A stretch of 64,000 nucleotides of DNA. Source: an uncultured delta proteobacterium (GTDB taxonomy: Bacteria > Desulfobacterota > Binatia > HRBIN30 > BPIQ01). The DNA lies in assembly GCA_963761335.1 (NCBI GenBank), contig CAVXGR010000009.1:58545-122544 (forward strand), given 5' to 3'. The position numbers were made by a program, and so were the translations under genes. Positions 9,048 through 19,134 of this stretch are shown one piece after another. Below the pieces are notes generated by a model. That model ran no database searches and had not been told where the DNA came from. It saw only the letters and a list, made by a program, of their open reading frames with translations. Numbering within the stretch: the first letter of the stretch is position 1; the number at the start of each line of letters is the position of its first letter.

Positions 9048-10019
9048 TCAGAACGCCAGGGCCTCGTCGATCGCCTGCGCGATCCTGGCGGCACCGGGCA
9101 GATAGGCGGACTCCAGCTTGTAGAGGGGCATGATCGCGTCGGCTCCGGCGACGCGGATCACTGGCGACTGCAGGTTCAGAAGGCAGTGCTCCTGGATGAG
9201 AGCGGCGACCTCCGCCGACAGGCTGCCCGTCTTCGGCGCCTCGCAGGCGATCACGGCGCGGCCGGTCTTGCGCACCGAGTCGACGATCGTATCGAGATCG
9301 AGTGGCGCCAGGCTGCGCAGATCGATCAGCTCGACGTCGGCGCCGGGCCGCTGCTCGAGGGCTTCGCCGCAGTCCCGTACCAGCGCTCCCCAGGTGATCA
9401 GAGTGAGAACGCTGCCCTCGCGCACCACCCGCGCCTCGCCGAGCGGCACCGTGTACGGCTCCTCCGGCACCTCCTGGCGCAGCGAGCGGTAGAGCCGCTT
9501 GGGCTCGAAGAAGAGAACCGGGTCGGGATCGAGGATGGCGGCGCGCAGCAGCCCCTTGGCGTCGTAGGGCGTGCTCGGCAGCACGACCTTGAGACCGGGG
9601 ATGTGGGCGAAGAGCGCCTCGGGGCTGTCGGAGTGATGCTCCGGCGCGTGGATGCCCCCGCCCCACGGACAGCGCACCACCAGCGGCACCGACCACTGGC
9701 CGCGGGAGCGCGTGTGAAAGCGAGCGGCGTGCGAGGCGAGCTGATCGAGGGCCGGCAGCAGAAACCCCTCGAACTGGATCTCGGCCACCGGCCGCATCCC
9801 GGCCAGCGCCATGCCGATGGCAGCGCCGACGATGCCGCTCTCCGCCAGCGGTGTATCGATCACCCGCTGCTCGCCGAAGCGTTGCGCCAGCCCCTCCGTG
9901 GCGCGAAAGACCCCGCCATTGCGGCCGACGTCCTCGCCGAGCACCACCACGCTCGGGTCTTCCTCGAGCGCCTGCACGAGCGCCTCTTGAACGGCCTGCA
10001 CCAGGGTTCGCGCCGCCAT
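9048..10019 (-). CDS. pdhB: 2-oxoacid (pyruvate) dehydrogenase E1 beta
   Basis: GEDVGRNGGVFR, DTPLAESGI, EHHSDSPE. Confidence 0.92.
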   Translation of the reverse strand: MAARTLVQAVQEALVQALEEDPSVVVLGEDVGRNGGVFRATEGLAQRFGEQRVIDTPLAESGIVGAAIGMALAGMRPVAEIQFEGFLLPALDQLASHAARFHTRSRGQWSVPLVVRCPWGGGIHAPEHHSDSPEALFAHIPGLKVVLPSTPYDAKGLLRAAILDPDPVLFFEPKRLYRSLRQEVPEEPYTVPLGEARVVREGSVLTLITWGALVRDCGEALEQRPGADVELIDLRSLAPLDLDTIVDSVRKTGRAVIACEAPKTGSLSAEVAALIQEHCLLNLQSPVIRVAGADAIMPLYKLESAYLPGAARIAQAIDEALAF

Positions 10020-10029
10020 GAAACCTCCT

Positions 10030-11142
10030 TCACGAAACCGTCTTGCGCGAGGCGGCGGCCGAGAGGGCCGACGGCGGCGCTGGCGCCGCCTGTCGCGGGC
10101 GCGGCGCCAGATGGTGCGCCGGCGAATTGCCCCAGGTGTAGCGCAGGATGTCGGCGAGATCCGGAGGCGGCATGGCCTCGGCGCGTTCGGTCGCCTCGTC
10201 CACCTGGCGCCGGCAATCCTCCACCAGTGCCACCTCGAGCTCCTCGTCCCAGCAATTGCGGCCCTCGAGATAGCGACGCATACGGAGCAGCGGATCGCGA
10301 GCCTTCCACGCCTCGACCTCGGCGGCGTCCCGGTAGCGGCTGGCGTCGTCGGCAGTGGTGTGGTCGCCGATGCGATACGTCAGCGCCTCGATGAAGGTGG
10401 CGCCGCCGCCGGCACGCGCCCGCTCCACCGCCTCGCGAGTCGCCGCGTAGCAGGCGAGCACGTCGTTGCCGTCGACCTGGATGCCCTCGAGGCCGTAGCC
10501 GAGCGCCTTCTGCGCCAGGGTGGCGGCGCTGCACTGGCGGGCCCGCGGAACGCTGATCGCCCACTGGTTGTTCTGGCAGAGGAAGACGACCGGCGCCCCG
10601 AAGACACCGGCCATGGTCATGCCCTCGTGGAAATCGCCGGTGCTGGTGGCGCCGTCGCCGAAATAGCAGGCGGTCACCCAGCTCTCGCCGCGCAGCTTGC
10701 TGGCCATCGCCATGCCCACCGCGTGCGGCACCTGCGTGCCGACGGGAACCGCGAACGGCAGGCAGTGCTTCTCCTTGAAACCCAGCATGCCGCGCTCGTC
10801 GCCGCCCCAGTAGGCGAGGATGTTCTCCATGGGGATGCCGCGGCTGATGAGCACGCCGTTCTCGCGATACGAAGGCACGATCCAGTCCTTGGGAGCGAGC
10901 GCCAGGGCGCTGCCCACCTGCGCCGCCTCCTGACCGAGCGATTGCGCGTAGGTGCCGATCCGCCCCTCCCGCTGCAGAAAGAAGGCGCGCTCGTCAAAGC
11001 TGCGCGTCAGCACCATTGCCGCGTACAGGTGGAGCATCTCGGTCTCCGCCAGCGGCGGTAGCAACTCGGTGTCGGCGCGCCCCTCGGCGTCGAGGATCTG
11101 CAGATACGGCACCTCGCCGCGAAAGACGATCTCACGGGGCAT
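10030..11142 (-). CDS. pdhA: 2-oxoacid (pyruvate) dehydrogenase E1 alpha
   Basis: GQEAAQ, TPP motif GDGATS...NN, YRIGDHTTADD. Confidence 0.92.
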   Translation of the reverse strand: MPREIVFRGEVPYLQILDAEGRADTELLPPLAETEMLHLYAAMVLTRSFDERAFFLQREGRIGTYAQSLGQEAAQVGSALALAPKDWIVPSYRENGVLISRGIPMENILAYWGGDERGMLGFKEKHCLPFAVPVGTQVPHAVGMAMASKLRGESWVTACYFGDGATSTGDFHEGMTMAGVFGAPVVFLCQNNQWAISVPRARQCSAATLAQKALGYGLEGIQVDGNDVLACYAATREAVERARAGGGATFIEALTYRIGDHTTADDASRYRDAAEVEAWKARDPLLRMRRYLEGRNCWDEELEVALVEDCRRQVDEATERAEAMPPPDLADILRYTWGNSPAHHLAPRPRQAAPAPPSALSAAASRKTVS

Positions 11143-11172
11143 AGGGACCCGTTCTCCTTCCTGCCGGTCAGC

Positions 11173-12873
11173 TCAGCCGGCGAACGACCCTGTACGCCAT
11201 GCTAGCAAGTTCTGTTCGACTGACCCACCCATCGGTGCGAATCGGGTTTCGGGGTTGGCGAGTTCCGGAATCCTGAACCGCGCCCGCGTCGTTTGTCGGC
11301 GCACCGGCGCCGGCGCCGCCTTCGGCCCGGTGACCCGCGCCGGCTGCGGGGGCGGATGCTCGGCGAGGCGATCGCGGCGCACCCAGAAGCTGTTGCCGAA
11401 GCCGAACGACTGCATGTGCTCGCGGGAAAGCGACGGAAAGGAGACGCTGTCGTAGAGCCGGCTCACCATCTGGCGCAGGGCCTCCGCCTTCTCCGGGAGG
11501 AGGACGCCCTGGCGCCGCAGCCAGTCGATCAGGTCGAGGCCGCCGGTGTGTGCCGGCCACGGGTCCTCGGCGATCACAGGGGGCGGATGCGACAGAAGCC
11601 GATCGGCAAACCCCGCCAGTCGGCGCTGCGTTTCCGGTGTGCCGAGCCAGAAGGAGTAGTGCCCCGCCTGCTGCAGGTCGGTGGCGTCGTAGACCATGAT
11701 CGGGTGATAGGGCGCGATCAGCACCACCGGCTCGTCTCCGGCGACGCTGCGCAGCCAATCGAGAAGGCGCAGCTGCATCTGCTGCACATCCCGATCGGCG
11801 GGAAACGAGATTGCGGCGATCAAGCGCCCGAAGAAGACGACGGCGACGCCGACGGCGATCAGCGCCCCGTTGCGCCGCAGCACGCCGTAGCGATCGGAGA
11901 TGAGCGGCACGATCGCGACGAGCAACATTGCCGTAGCCAGCAGCAGGTAGACGGCGGCGTAGTCGACCTTGTGCGGGTTGGCGAGGTGAAAAACGAGCGC
12001 CACCAGCCATACGAGAATGAGCGCCCGTCGCCGCAGCGGCCCCGCCAGGCGGCCGCGCCACGAGAGCGCGATGGCGGCGACGCCGAAGGCAGCCAGGGTG
12101 ATCTCCGCCGGACCCACATCGAAGCTCCAGGTCACCACCTCGGAGGAAGAGACGAAGCGGAACGCCCAGAATATCATCTCGCCCCAGAGCCCGTGCACGG
12201 TGACGTAGACGAGGGTGGGAAGCATCCCGAGAAGAAGGCCGCCCGCCCACGCCGCCGCCTGCCGGCGCCACCGGCGGCGCGGCAGGCAGAGGGCCACCAG
12301 CATCGGCTGCACCGTTAGAAAAGGAAGAAGGCGCACCGACATGCTGCAGCCGAGAGCGAGCGCCGCCGCGGCCAGCAGGGGCCGGCCCGCGCCGGGTGCC
12401 TCCGGGTCGATGCCGGCGAGCAGGCAGACGTGCGCCATAAACAGAAGCGCGGCGACGTACTCGACGCGAAAGATCCAGACCTGGCAGTAGCTCATGGTGC
12501 CGAGCGCCAGGACGGCCAGCACCGCGGCCTGCGCCGCGCCGGCGCGCACGGCGCGCCCGGCGAGCCAGACGATCAGGCCGAAGACGATTGCCGTGAAGCA
12601 GCGGGCGGCGAGCAGGAGCGCCGAGGGCGTGTGGAACCACAGGACCACCGGGCTGAACAGCAGCCACAGACCGGGGGGGTGGATCTCGAAGAAGTCGCGA
12701 TAGGGAAGCGCCCCGTGCGCCACCAGCCAGATGGAGTGCAGGTGATAGACATCGTCGTCGTTGATCTCGGCGTGCAGGCCGCAGTAGAGGCTGGCGAGAG
12801 CGCCCAGGATCGCGGCCAGCGCCAGCCACGGCAGCCGCCCGCGGCGCGGCGCTGTCAATCCATTCCCTTCCAC
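11173..12873 (-). CDS. Polytopic membrane protein, GT-C (ArnT/PMT-like) fold likely
   Basis: N-terminal TM then D-D-x-x-H...LPYRDFFEIHPPG loop typical of GT-C enzymes; many TM segments. Confidence 0.55.
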   Translation of the reverse strand: MEGNGLTAPRRGRLPWLALAAILGALASLYCGLHAEINDDDVYHLHSIWLVAHGALPYRDFFEIHPPGLWLLFSPVVLWFHTPSALLLAARCFTAIVFGLIVWLAGRAVRAGAAQAAVLAVLALGTMSYCQVWIFRVEYVAALLFMAHVCLLAGIDPEAPGAGRPLLAAAALALGCSMSVRLLPFLTVQPMLVALCLPRRRWRRQAAAWAGGLLLGMLPTLVYVTVHGLWGEMIFWAFRFVSSSEVVTWSFDVGPAEITLAAFGVAAIALSWRGRLAGPLRRRALILVWLVALVFHLANPHKVDYAAVYLLLATAMLLVAIVPLISDRYGVLRRNGALIAVGVAVVFFGRLIAAISFPADRDVQQMQLRLLDWLRSVAGDEPVVLIAPYHPIMVYDATDLQQAGHYSFWLGTPETQRRLAGFADRLLSHPPPVIAEDPWPAHTGGLDLIDWLRRQGVLLPEKAEALRQMVSRLYDSVSFPSLSREHMQSFGFGNSFWVRRDRLAEHPPPQPARVTGPKAAPAPVRRQTTRARFRIPELANPETRFAPMGGSVEQNLLAWRTGSFAG

Positions 12874-12946
12874 CTCACCTCGGCCCTCGATCGGCGCCCT
12901 CGTATCGCAGCCAGCGGGTCTTTGCCAGGCCCGCGGCCAGAGCCGC

Positions 12947-13723
12947 TCAGCCGCCCATGTCGGGCTGCTTGAACGCCGTCCAGCCGCGATCGCAGTTGAG
13001 CACCGCCCCGGTGAAGCTGCGCGACTCGTCCGAGGCGAGGAAGACCACGACCTCGGCGATCTCCTCCGGCGCCTGCAGCCCGGTGGCGTGTCCGCGGGCG
13101 AACGCCGCCTTCATGGTCTCGCTCTGCCAGATGAGGGCGTTCATCGGCGTGTCGACGTAGCCGGGGCTGATGGCGTTGACGCGGATGTTGAGCATGCCGC
13201 AGCCGTGCGCCATCGAGCGGGTCAGCAGCGCCACCCCGCCCTTGGAGGCGGCGTAGCCGTCCAGCCCGCCGAGCGGCAGATGCGCCATGGACGACGCCGT
13301 GTTGATGATCGAGCCGCCGCCGGCCTTCGCCATCTCGGGAATGGCGTAGTGCGAGCAGTAGAAGACGCTCGAAAGGTTGGTGCGGATGACGCGATCCCAC
13401 ACCGCCGGATCGACGCGCGCCGTGAAGCCGTCCTCGAATGGCAGGGCGATGCCGGCGTTGTTGTAGAGAACGTGCAGCGCCCCCCAGGCCTGCACCGCCT
13501 CGCCCACCAGGCGCTCACACTGCGCCGCGTCGCTGACGTCAGCGGCGGCAAAGCGGGCTTCGCCGCCGGCGGCGCGGATCGCCTCGACGGCGGCGTTGCC
13601 GGCCTCCGCGTTCACATCCGAGACCACCACCCGCGCCCCTTCCCGCGCCAGGGCGATGGCCCCGGCGCGCCCCAGCCCGGAGCCGCCCCCGGTGACCAGC
13701 GCCACCTTGTTCTCGAGCCGCAT
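12947..13723 (-). CDS. Short-chain dehydrogenase/reductase
   Basis: TGGGSGLG, NNAG, YAASK, NAISPG. Confidence 0.9.
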   Translation of the reverse strand: MRLENKVALVTGGGSGLGRAGAIALAREGARVVVSDVNAEAGNAAVEAIRAAGGEARFAAADVSDAAQCERLVGEAVQAWGALHVLYNNAGIALPFEDGFTARVDPAVWDRVIRTNLSSVFYCSHYAIPEMAKAGGGSIINTASSMAHLPLGGLDGYAASKGGVALLTRSMAHGCGMLNIRVNAISPGYVDTPMNALIWQSETMKAAFARGHATGLQAPEEIAEVVVFLASDESRSFTGAVLNCDRGWTAFKQPDMGG

Positions 13724-13746
13724 GATCCCCTCCTCTTTTGCCAAGT

Positions 13747-14103
13747 GGGACAGGCTACTTTCGCCGCCCCGATTTTAGACGAATGCCCCGAGCTCGACCG
13801 CAAAGTTGCCTGCTTCGAAAATCTGTTGGGTGTGCGCTTCGGGGGCGCGTTCCCTCTCCCGCATTACTTGGCGGGAGAGGGTCAGGGTGAGGGTGTCGAT
13901 CTCTGTGAAGGCCGTGGAGATTCACGAGCTTTCAGTGAGACAGGAACCCCTCACCTTGATCCTCTCCCCGCGGAAAGATGCGGGGAGAGGAGACCCGCCC
14001 CCGCGGCGCGGAAGTATCATCGCAAGCGTCTGATCGGTGAATCAGGACGCCGTCCATTTTCATCGTCTGTTGGTGAGCCGCAGGCTCATGACGCACTGTC
14101 CCC
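13747..14103 (+). mobile_element. Composite repeat copy 2: host palindrome interrupted by a ~289-bp element (13810-14098) with cargo B
   Basis: Inverted near-identical copy at 20962-21326; same ends as copies 1 and 4; cargo has CCCTCTCCC/GGGAGAGGG palindromes. Confidence 0.8.
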
Positions 14104-14105
14104 TC

Positions 14106-16229
14106 CTATATCGCCGCCAGGGTGTCGGCTGCCGCCTTGAGGCCGGCGACGATGATGGTGTCGTGCTCGCCGATGCGGTCGTCGGCGGTGGGCACCCGCA
14201 GGCGGGTGCTGCCGTTGTCCGCGGTGCGGATGAAGATGACCTGCACGCCGTAGCGGGCGCGGATGTCGAGGTCGCGCAGCGAGTGGCCGACGAAGTTGCG
14301 CGGCGACGGGATCTCCTGCACCACGTAGCCGTCGCCGATCGACACCTGGCGCACCTTGCCGAGCAGGCTGACGGTACTGGAGATGCTTCCCGCCAGGTCG
14401 CGCCGCAGCACCTCCTCGTTGCGCGCCTTGATCACCTCGTCGCGGTGCACGGTGCCGATCAGCTTCTTGGGATCGTCGGCGGCGACCACCGGGAGCTCGT
14501 CCGCCTCGCTCAGGCTGAAGAGGCGCATGACCACGTCGAGGTTGTCCTCCTCGCGCAGCAGCGGCTCGCCGCGGCGGACCAGGTCGCGGGCGATCACCAA
14601 GTGCTGCAGCGCCTCGCGCTCGAAGAGAATCTGCCGCAGCGCGGAGAGCGAGATGGCCCCTTCGAGGCGTCCGTCGCCGTCGACCACGAAGAACTCCGAG
14701 TGGCGGCTGCTCACCACCAGGCCGAGCAGGTCGAGAAAGGACGTGGAGGCGTGCACCACCTCGGGCTCGCGGTCGACGGCGTCGCGCACGTAGAGGTGCT
14801 TGAGGACGTTCGGATCCTCCTCCTTGAAGGGGTCGATGCCGCGCAGGCGCAGCTTGAGGGTGTAGATCGAATCGGCGCGCACCAGCGTCGCCACCAGCGT
14901 GCTGATGACGCAGGCAGCCATCAGCGGCGCGATGATGCGATAGTCGCCGGTCAGCTCGAAGATCATGATGATGGCGGTGATCGGCGCGTGGGTGGCGGCG
15001 CCAACCACGGCCCCCATGGTGACCAGGGCGTAGGCGCCCGAGGTGGCGGTGAAGCTCGGAAACCAGGCGTGAATGAAGCTGCCGAGAAAGCCGCCGGTCA
15101 TGGCGCCGAGAAAGAGCGACGGCGCGAACACGCCTCCGGAGCCGCCGGAGGCCAGGGTGATGGAGGTCGCCAGCATCTTGGCGATCAGCAGCACGCCGAG
15201 GAGGGCCACCGGCAGGCTGCCGGCGAGAGCGGCGTTGATCGAGTCGTAGCCAACCCCGAACACCTGCGGCAGCCAGATGCCGATCGCCCCCACCATCAGG
15301 CCGCCCACCGCGGTCTTCAGGTACTCGGGAAAGCGCACCCGCTCGAAGATCTCCTCGCAGCCGTAGAGGACGCTGATGAACGACAGCGCCACCAGCCCGG
15401 AGATGACGCCGACCAGGGCGTAGGGAACGAGCTCCAGCGGGCTCGCCAGCTCGTAGCGCGGCACGTCGAAGGCGGGGAAGTTGCCGTGGAAATGTCGCGA
15501 GATCACCGTGGCCACCACCGAGGCGATGACGATCGGGCTGAACTGCGGCACGCCGAAGTCGCCGAGCAGGATCTCGACGGCGAACAGCGCCCCGGCGATC
15601 GGCGCATTGAAGGCGGCGGCGATTCCGGCGGCGGCGCCACAGCCGACCAAGGTGCGAATCTGCCGCGTCGAGACGCGCAGCAGCTGCCCGATCGTCGATC
15701 CGAGCGCCGAGCCGATCTGCACGATCGGGCCTTCGCGGCCGACCGAGCCGCCGGAGCCGATGCTGATGGCGGAGGCGATCGCCTTCACCGCGACCACCCG
15801 CGGGCGGATGACGCCGCCGCGGAGGACGATCGACTCCATCACCTCCGGCACGCCATGCCCCTTGGCCTCGCGGGCGACGAAGTGCACCAGGGGCCCGACG
15901 ATCAGGCCGCCGACGGCCGGGGCGAGCAGGCGCCAGTACCAGGGAATCCCCTCGATCACGGCGAGGAACGGCTTGCCGGGGCCGAAGAAGAGCTCCTGCA
16001 CCAGCTCGATCAGCTCGCGCAGGCCGACCGCGCCGAAGCCACCGCCCATGCCGCAGACGATCGCCACCGCGACCATGTAGACATGGCTGCGGCCGACGGT
16101 GCCGAGCGACGCGTCCGGAACGTGTGCCTTGATCCCCCTCCTCCTTGCAGCGGCGAATCCTACCGCACCATCTCCCCAACACCCAACACCCAACACCTCT
16201 TCTCCTCCCCCATGGCAACAGCGGCGCAT
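14106..16229 (-). CDS. ClC chloride channel/H+ antiporter with CBS pair and TrkA-C domain (true start probably downstream, ~16080-16135)
   Basis: GHGVPE, GREGP, GGVFAP motifs; C-terminal CBS and RCK-C-like regions. Confidence 0.9.
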   Translation of the reverse strand: MRRCCHGGGEEVLGVGCWGDGAVGFAAARRRGIKAHVPDASLGTVGRSHVYMVAVAIVCGMGGGFGAVGLRELIELVQELFFGPGKPFLAVIEGIPWYWRLLAPAVGGLIVGPLVHFVAREAKGHGVPEVMESIVLRGGVIRPRVVAVKAIASAISIGSGGSVGREGPIVQIGSALGSTIGQLLRVSTRQIRTLVGCGAAAGIAAAFNAPIAGALFAVEILLGDFGVPQFSPIVIASVVATVISRHFHGNFPAFDVPRYELASPLELVPYALVGVISGLVALSFISVLYGCEEIFERVRFPEYLKTAVGGLMVGAIGIWLPQVFGVGYDSINAALAGSLPVALLGVLLIAKMLATSITLASGGSGGVFAPSLFLGAMTGGFLGSFIHAWFPSFTATSGAYALVTMGAVVGAATHAPITAIIMIFELTGDYRIIAPLMAACVISTLVATLVRADSIYTLKLRLRGIDPFKEEDPNVLKHLYVRDAVDREPEVVHASTSFLDLLGLVVSSRHSEFFVVDGDGRLEGAISLSALRQILFEREALQHLVIARDLVRRGEPLLREEDNLDVVMRLFSLSEADELPVVAADDPKKLIGTVHRDEVIKARNEEVLRRDLAGSISSTVSLLGKVRQVSIGDGYVVQEIPSPRNFVGHSLRDLDIRARYGVQVIFIRTADNGSTRLRVPTADDRIGEHDTIIVAGLKAAADTLAAI

Positions 16230-16271
16230 TCATTTTAGTCTGTGCCGAGGCCAAAGGAGGGGAGACCCGCA

Positions 16272-17522
16272 ATGACGCAGGCAAGCGAACGCGAATTCGA
16301 TCCGGGGACGCTCGACATCGCCACCCCGGAGCACTACGAGCGCAACGGCTACCCGCATCCCGAGTGGGCATGGCTGCGGCGCCACGATCCGGTCTTCTGG
16401 TACGAGCGCGACAACGTCGACCCTTTCTGGGCGATCACCAAGCACGCCGACATCATCGAGATCGGCAAGCAGCCGGAGATCTTCCTGAACGAGCCGCGCC
16501 TCGCCGTGTTCACCCGCGACCTGCCGCCGCCACCGGAAGGCGCGGCACGCCACCTGCTGAACATGGACCCTCCCGACCACGCTCGCTACCGGCGGGTCAC
16601 CAGTAGCTGGTTCACGCCGCGCGCCATCGGCGGCATGGACGACAAGGTGCAGCGCGTCGCCCGCGAGGTGATCGACGACGCGGCGCGCACCGACTCGGGG
16701 GATTTCGTGCGCGACGTCACGGCGCGCATCACCATCGCCGTGATCGCCGAGATGCTCGGCGTGCCGCGTCCGGACTGGGAGCTGCTCTTTCGCTGGACGA
16801 ACGAGATCATCGCCCCGCAGGATCCCGAGTTCCAGCACGGCTCGACGGCGGAGGAGACGATCGAGCGCGCCCGCATCGAGCTGTTCACCTACTTCAACGA
16901 CCTGTCGAACGAGCGCCGCGCCCGGCCGACCGATGACATCGTCAGCGTCGTCGCCAACGGCAAGGTCAACGACGCGCCGCTGCCGCCGATCGAGCTGCTG
17001 TCGTACTACTTCCTGCTGGTGGTCGCCGGTAACGAGACGACGCGCAACGCCATGACCGGGGGCATGCTCGCCTTCCTCAGCAACCCCGGCGAGTGGGAGA
17101 AGCTCCGCCGCGATGCGTCTCTGCTGGACAGCGCCGTCGAGGAGATCGTGCGCTGGACGACGCCGGTGATCCAGTTCGGCCGCACGGCGACACAGGACTA
17201 CGGGCTGCGCGGCAAGACCATCCGCAAGGGCGAGTCGGTCTGCCTCTTCTATCCCTCGGGAAACCGCGACGAGGAGGTCTTCGAGGAGCCCTTCGCCTTT
17301 CGCATCGAGCGCGAGCCCAACCGGCACATCGCCTTCGGCATGGGCGAGCACGTCTGCCTCGGCGCCCACCTCGCCCGCCTGGAGCTGCGCCACGCCTTCT
17401 CCGAGCTGCGCCAGCGGCTGGAATCGTGCGAGCTGACCGGGCCGGTGGCGCGCGTGCGCTCGAGCTTCGTCGGCGGCATCAAGCGCGCCCCGATGCGCTG
17501 GCGCATCAAGGCGGCGGCGTAG
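16272..17522 (+). CDS. Cytochrome P450
   Basis: AGNETT, EEIVRW, heme motif FGMGEHVCLG. Confidence 0.95.
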   Translation: MTQASEREFDPGTLDIATPEHYERNGYPHPEWAWLRRHDPVFWYERDNVDPFWAITKHADIIEIGKQPEIFLNEPRLAVFTRDLPPPPEGAARHLLNMDPPDHARYRRVTSSWFTPRAIGGMDDKVQRVAREVIDDAARTDSGDFVRDVTARITIAVIAEMLGVPRPDWELLFRWTNEIIAPQDPEFQHGSTAEETIERARIELFTYFNDLSNERRARPTDDIVSVVANGKVNDAPLPPIELLSYYFLLVVAGNETTRNAMTGGMLAFLSNPGEWEKLRRDASLLDSAVEEIVRWTTPVIQFGRTATQDYGLRGKTIRKGESVCLFYPSGNRDEEVFEEPFAFRIEREPNRHIAFGMGEHVCLGAHLARLELRHAFSELRQRLESCELTGPVARVRSSFVGGIKRAPMRWRIKAAA

Positions 17523-17605
17523 AAGCGCCTCGCTGCTTCTCGCCCCCGCCAGGGCCGCGCACACGGCCCCCGGGGCGACCACTGGCCGTGTGCGCCGACG
17601 AGAAT

Positions 17606-17697
17606 CGCCCCGCCAGGGGCGCCGGCATGTAGCCCCGGGTGCCTCACCCGGGGACAATCGGGCGACCTCTCATGGTGCGCCCCGTCAGGGGCGCGGG
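17606..17697. repeat. GTAG-type REP-like palindrome cluster
   Basis: CGCCCCGCCAGGGGCG, GGCATGTAGCCCCGGG...CCCGGGG, GCGCCCCGTCAGGGGCGC. Confidence 0.7.
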
Positions 17698-17702
17698 CAC
17701 GT

Positions 17703-18293
17703 CTACACGTCGCGAAAGACTTCCTCGACGGTCAGCTCCAGGGAAGGGAAGACGGCCGACGCCACGGACCCGGATTTGAGGCTGCGGCCATCGTCAAACG
17801 CGGCACCCTGCTCTTGGAAGATCGTCAGCGTGCGAGAGCGGGGATCGACCAGCCAGTACTCGCGCACGCCGTTGACGGCGTAAATTTCCTTCTTCACCGT
17901 GCGGTCGCGGCGCGCCGTCGACCGGGACGCGGTCTCGATCACGAGGTCCGGGACGATGCGGGCAAATCTTCCGGGCTCGGGCTGCGGCTCCGCAGCGAGG
18001 CGCTCCTTGGAGATGAAGGAGACGTCGGGCTCCAGGGTATCTCCGGACGGGAGATCGTAGCCGGCGCTCGCGTCCAGCACGAGCCCCAGGCCGCGCGGCT
18101 CGACGTGGAGCATGAGCTTGTAGACCAACCAGGCGCCCAGGGCGCCGTGGCGAAAATTCGCTGGCGGCGTCATGACGATCCTTCCGTGGATCAGCTCGTA
18201 GTGTCTGGTATCGTCCGGCCGCTCCTGCAGCCAACGGAAGAACTCCTCCTGCGTCAGGCGCTGCTCGGACCGGAAGGTGATCTCCGTCTCCAT
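17703..18293 (-). CDS. Uma2 family (PD-(D/E)xK) endonuclease-like protein
   Basis: YELIHGRIVMTP, PDVSF, PDLVIE, KKEIY...GVREYWLVDP. Confidence 0.9.
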   Translation of the reverse strand: METEITFRSEQRLTQEEFFRWLQERPDDTRHYELIHGRIVMTPPANFRHGALGAWLVYKLMLHVEPRGLGLVLDASAGYDLPSGDTLEPDVSFISKERLAAEPQPEPGRFARIVPDLVIETASRSTARRDRTVKKEIYAVNGVREYWLVDPRSRTLTIFQEQGAAFDDGRSLKSGSVASAVFPSLELTVEEVFRDV

Positions 18294-18431
18294 GTCGGTC
18301 TCACGCTATCCCCCCGTCGCCGGCCTGACAATCGCTGCACGGCAGGGAGGCAGGCAACCGCCGGGGAGCGCGGCCGGTCTTTGACCGACAGGGCGCGTAG
18401 GATACGTTGACCGTCGACTCTCGATTCCATC

Positions 18432-18851
18432 ATGGAGATTCGCCCGTTCCAGGAACCCGACGAGGAGGCGGTGATCGCCCTCTGGGAGAGATGCGACCTG
18501 ACGCGCCCGTGGAACGATCCGCGCAAGGACATCGCCCGCAAGCTGAAGGTCGACCCCGAGCTCTTCCTGGTCGGCTTTGCGGGCGACCGCATCGTCGCCG
18601 CGGCCATGGCCGGCTACGAGGGCCACCGCGGCTGGGTCAACTACCTCGCCGTCGACCCGGCGCAGCGCCGCCGCGGCCTCGGCCGGCAGATGATGGAAGA
18701 GGTCGAGCGCCTGCTGCGCCAGCGCGGCTGCCCGAAGATCAACATCCAGATCCGCAGCGAGAACCTCGCCGCCGTCGCGTTCTACCGCAGGCTCGGCTAC
18801 ACCACCGACGCCTCGATCAGCATGGGCAAGCGCTTCGAACACGACGGCTGA
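18432..18851 (+). CDS. GNAT acetyltransferase (YpeA-like)
   Basis: GYEGHRGWVNYLAV, RRRGLG, GCPKINIQIR. Confidence 0.9.
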   Translation: MEIRPFQEPDEEAVIALWERCDLTRPWNDPRKDIARKLKVDPELFLVGFAGDRIVAAAMAGYEGHRGWVNYLAVDPAQRRRGLGRQMMEEVERLLRQRGCPKINIQIRSENLAAVAFYRRLGYTTDASISMGKRFEHDG

Positions 18852-19026
18852 GGTCCCCCTGGGAGCGCGGCCGGCCCGGCCGCCTCTGCCAACGAAAGCA
18901 GAGGCGGCCGCTCCCAAAGACTCGATGCAGACCGTCGCCGCGCGCGGCCAGCTATACGCCACCGCCCCTCCGGGACAACAACGTCCAAACTCCGTAGACG
19001 AAACGTCCCGCCTCGCCGGGAATCCA

Positions 19027-19129
19027 TCCGCCATAGCGGAGAATGTTGGGCCCAATATCCGCGTATCATGCGGAGATACTTCTTGTCCGTGCGGAGAATA
19101 CAGGCCATAATGTCCGCAGGACATGCGGA
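19027..19129 (+). promoter_or_regulatory. Array of TCCGC-N4-7-GCGGA inverted repeats upstream of the fic gene (putative operators)
   Basis: TCCGCcataGCGGA, TCCGCgtatcatGCGGA, TGCGGAGAATA, TCCGCaggacatGCGGA in an AT-richer leader. Confidence 0.55.
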
Positions 19130-19134
19130 TATAA

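Noticed and set aside
7791..11142. Missing E3 in the dehydrogenase operon as a novelty
   Set aside because: E3 is commonly encoded elsewhere and shared between complexes.
5860..16238. Long plus-strand ORFs (5860-7986, 7701-10394, 14037-16238) and similar ones elsewhere
   Set aside because: Antisense shadows of well-supported genes in high-GC DNA, with no recognisable motifs.
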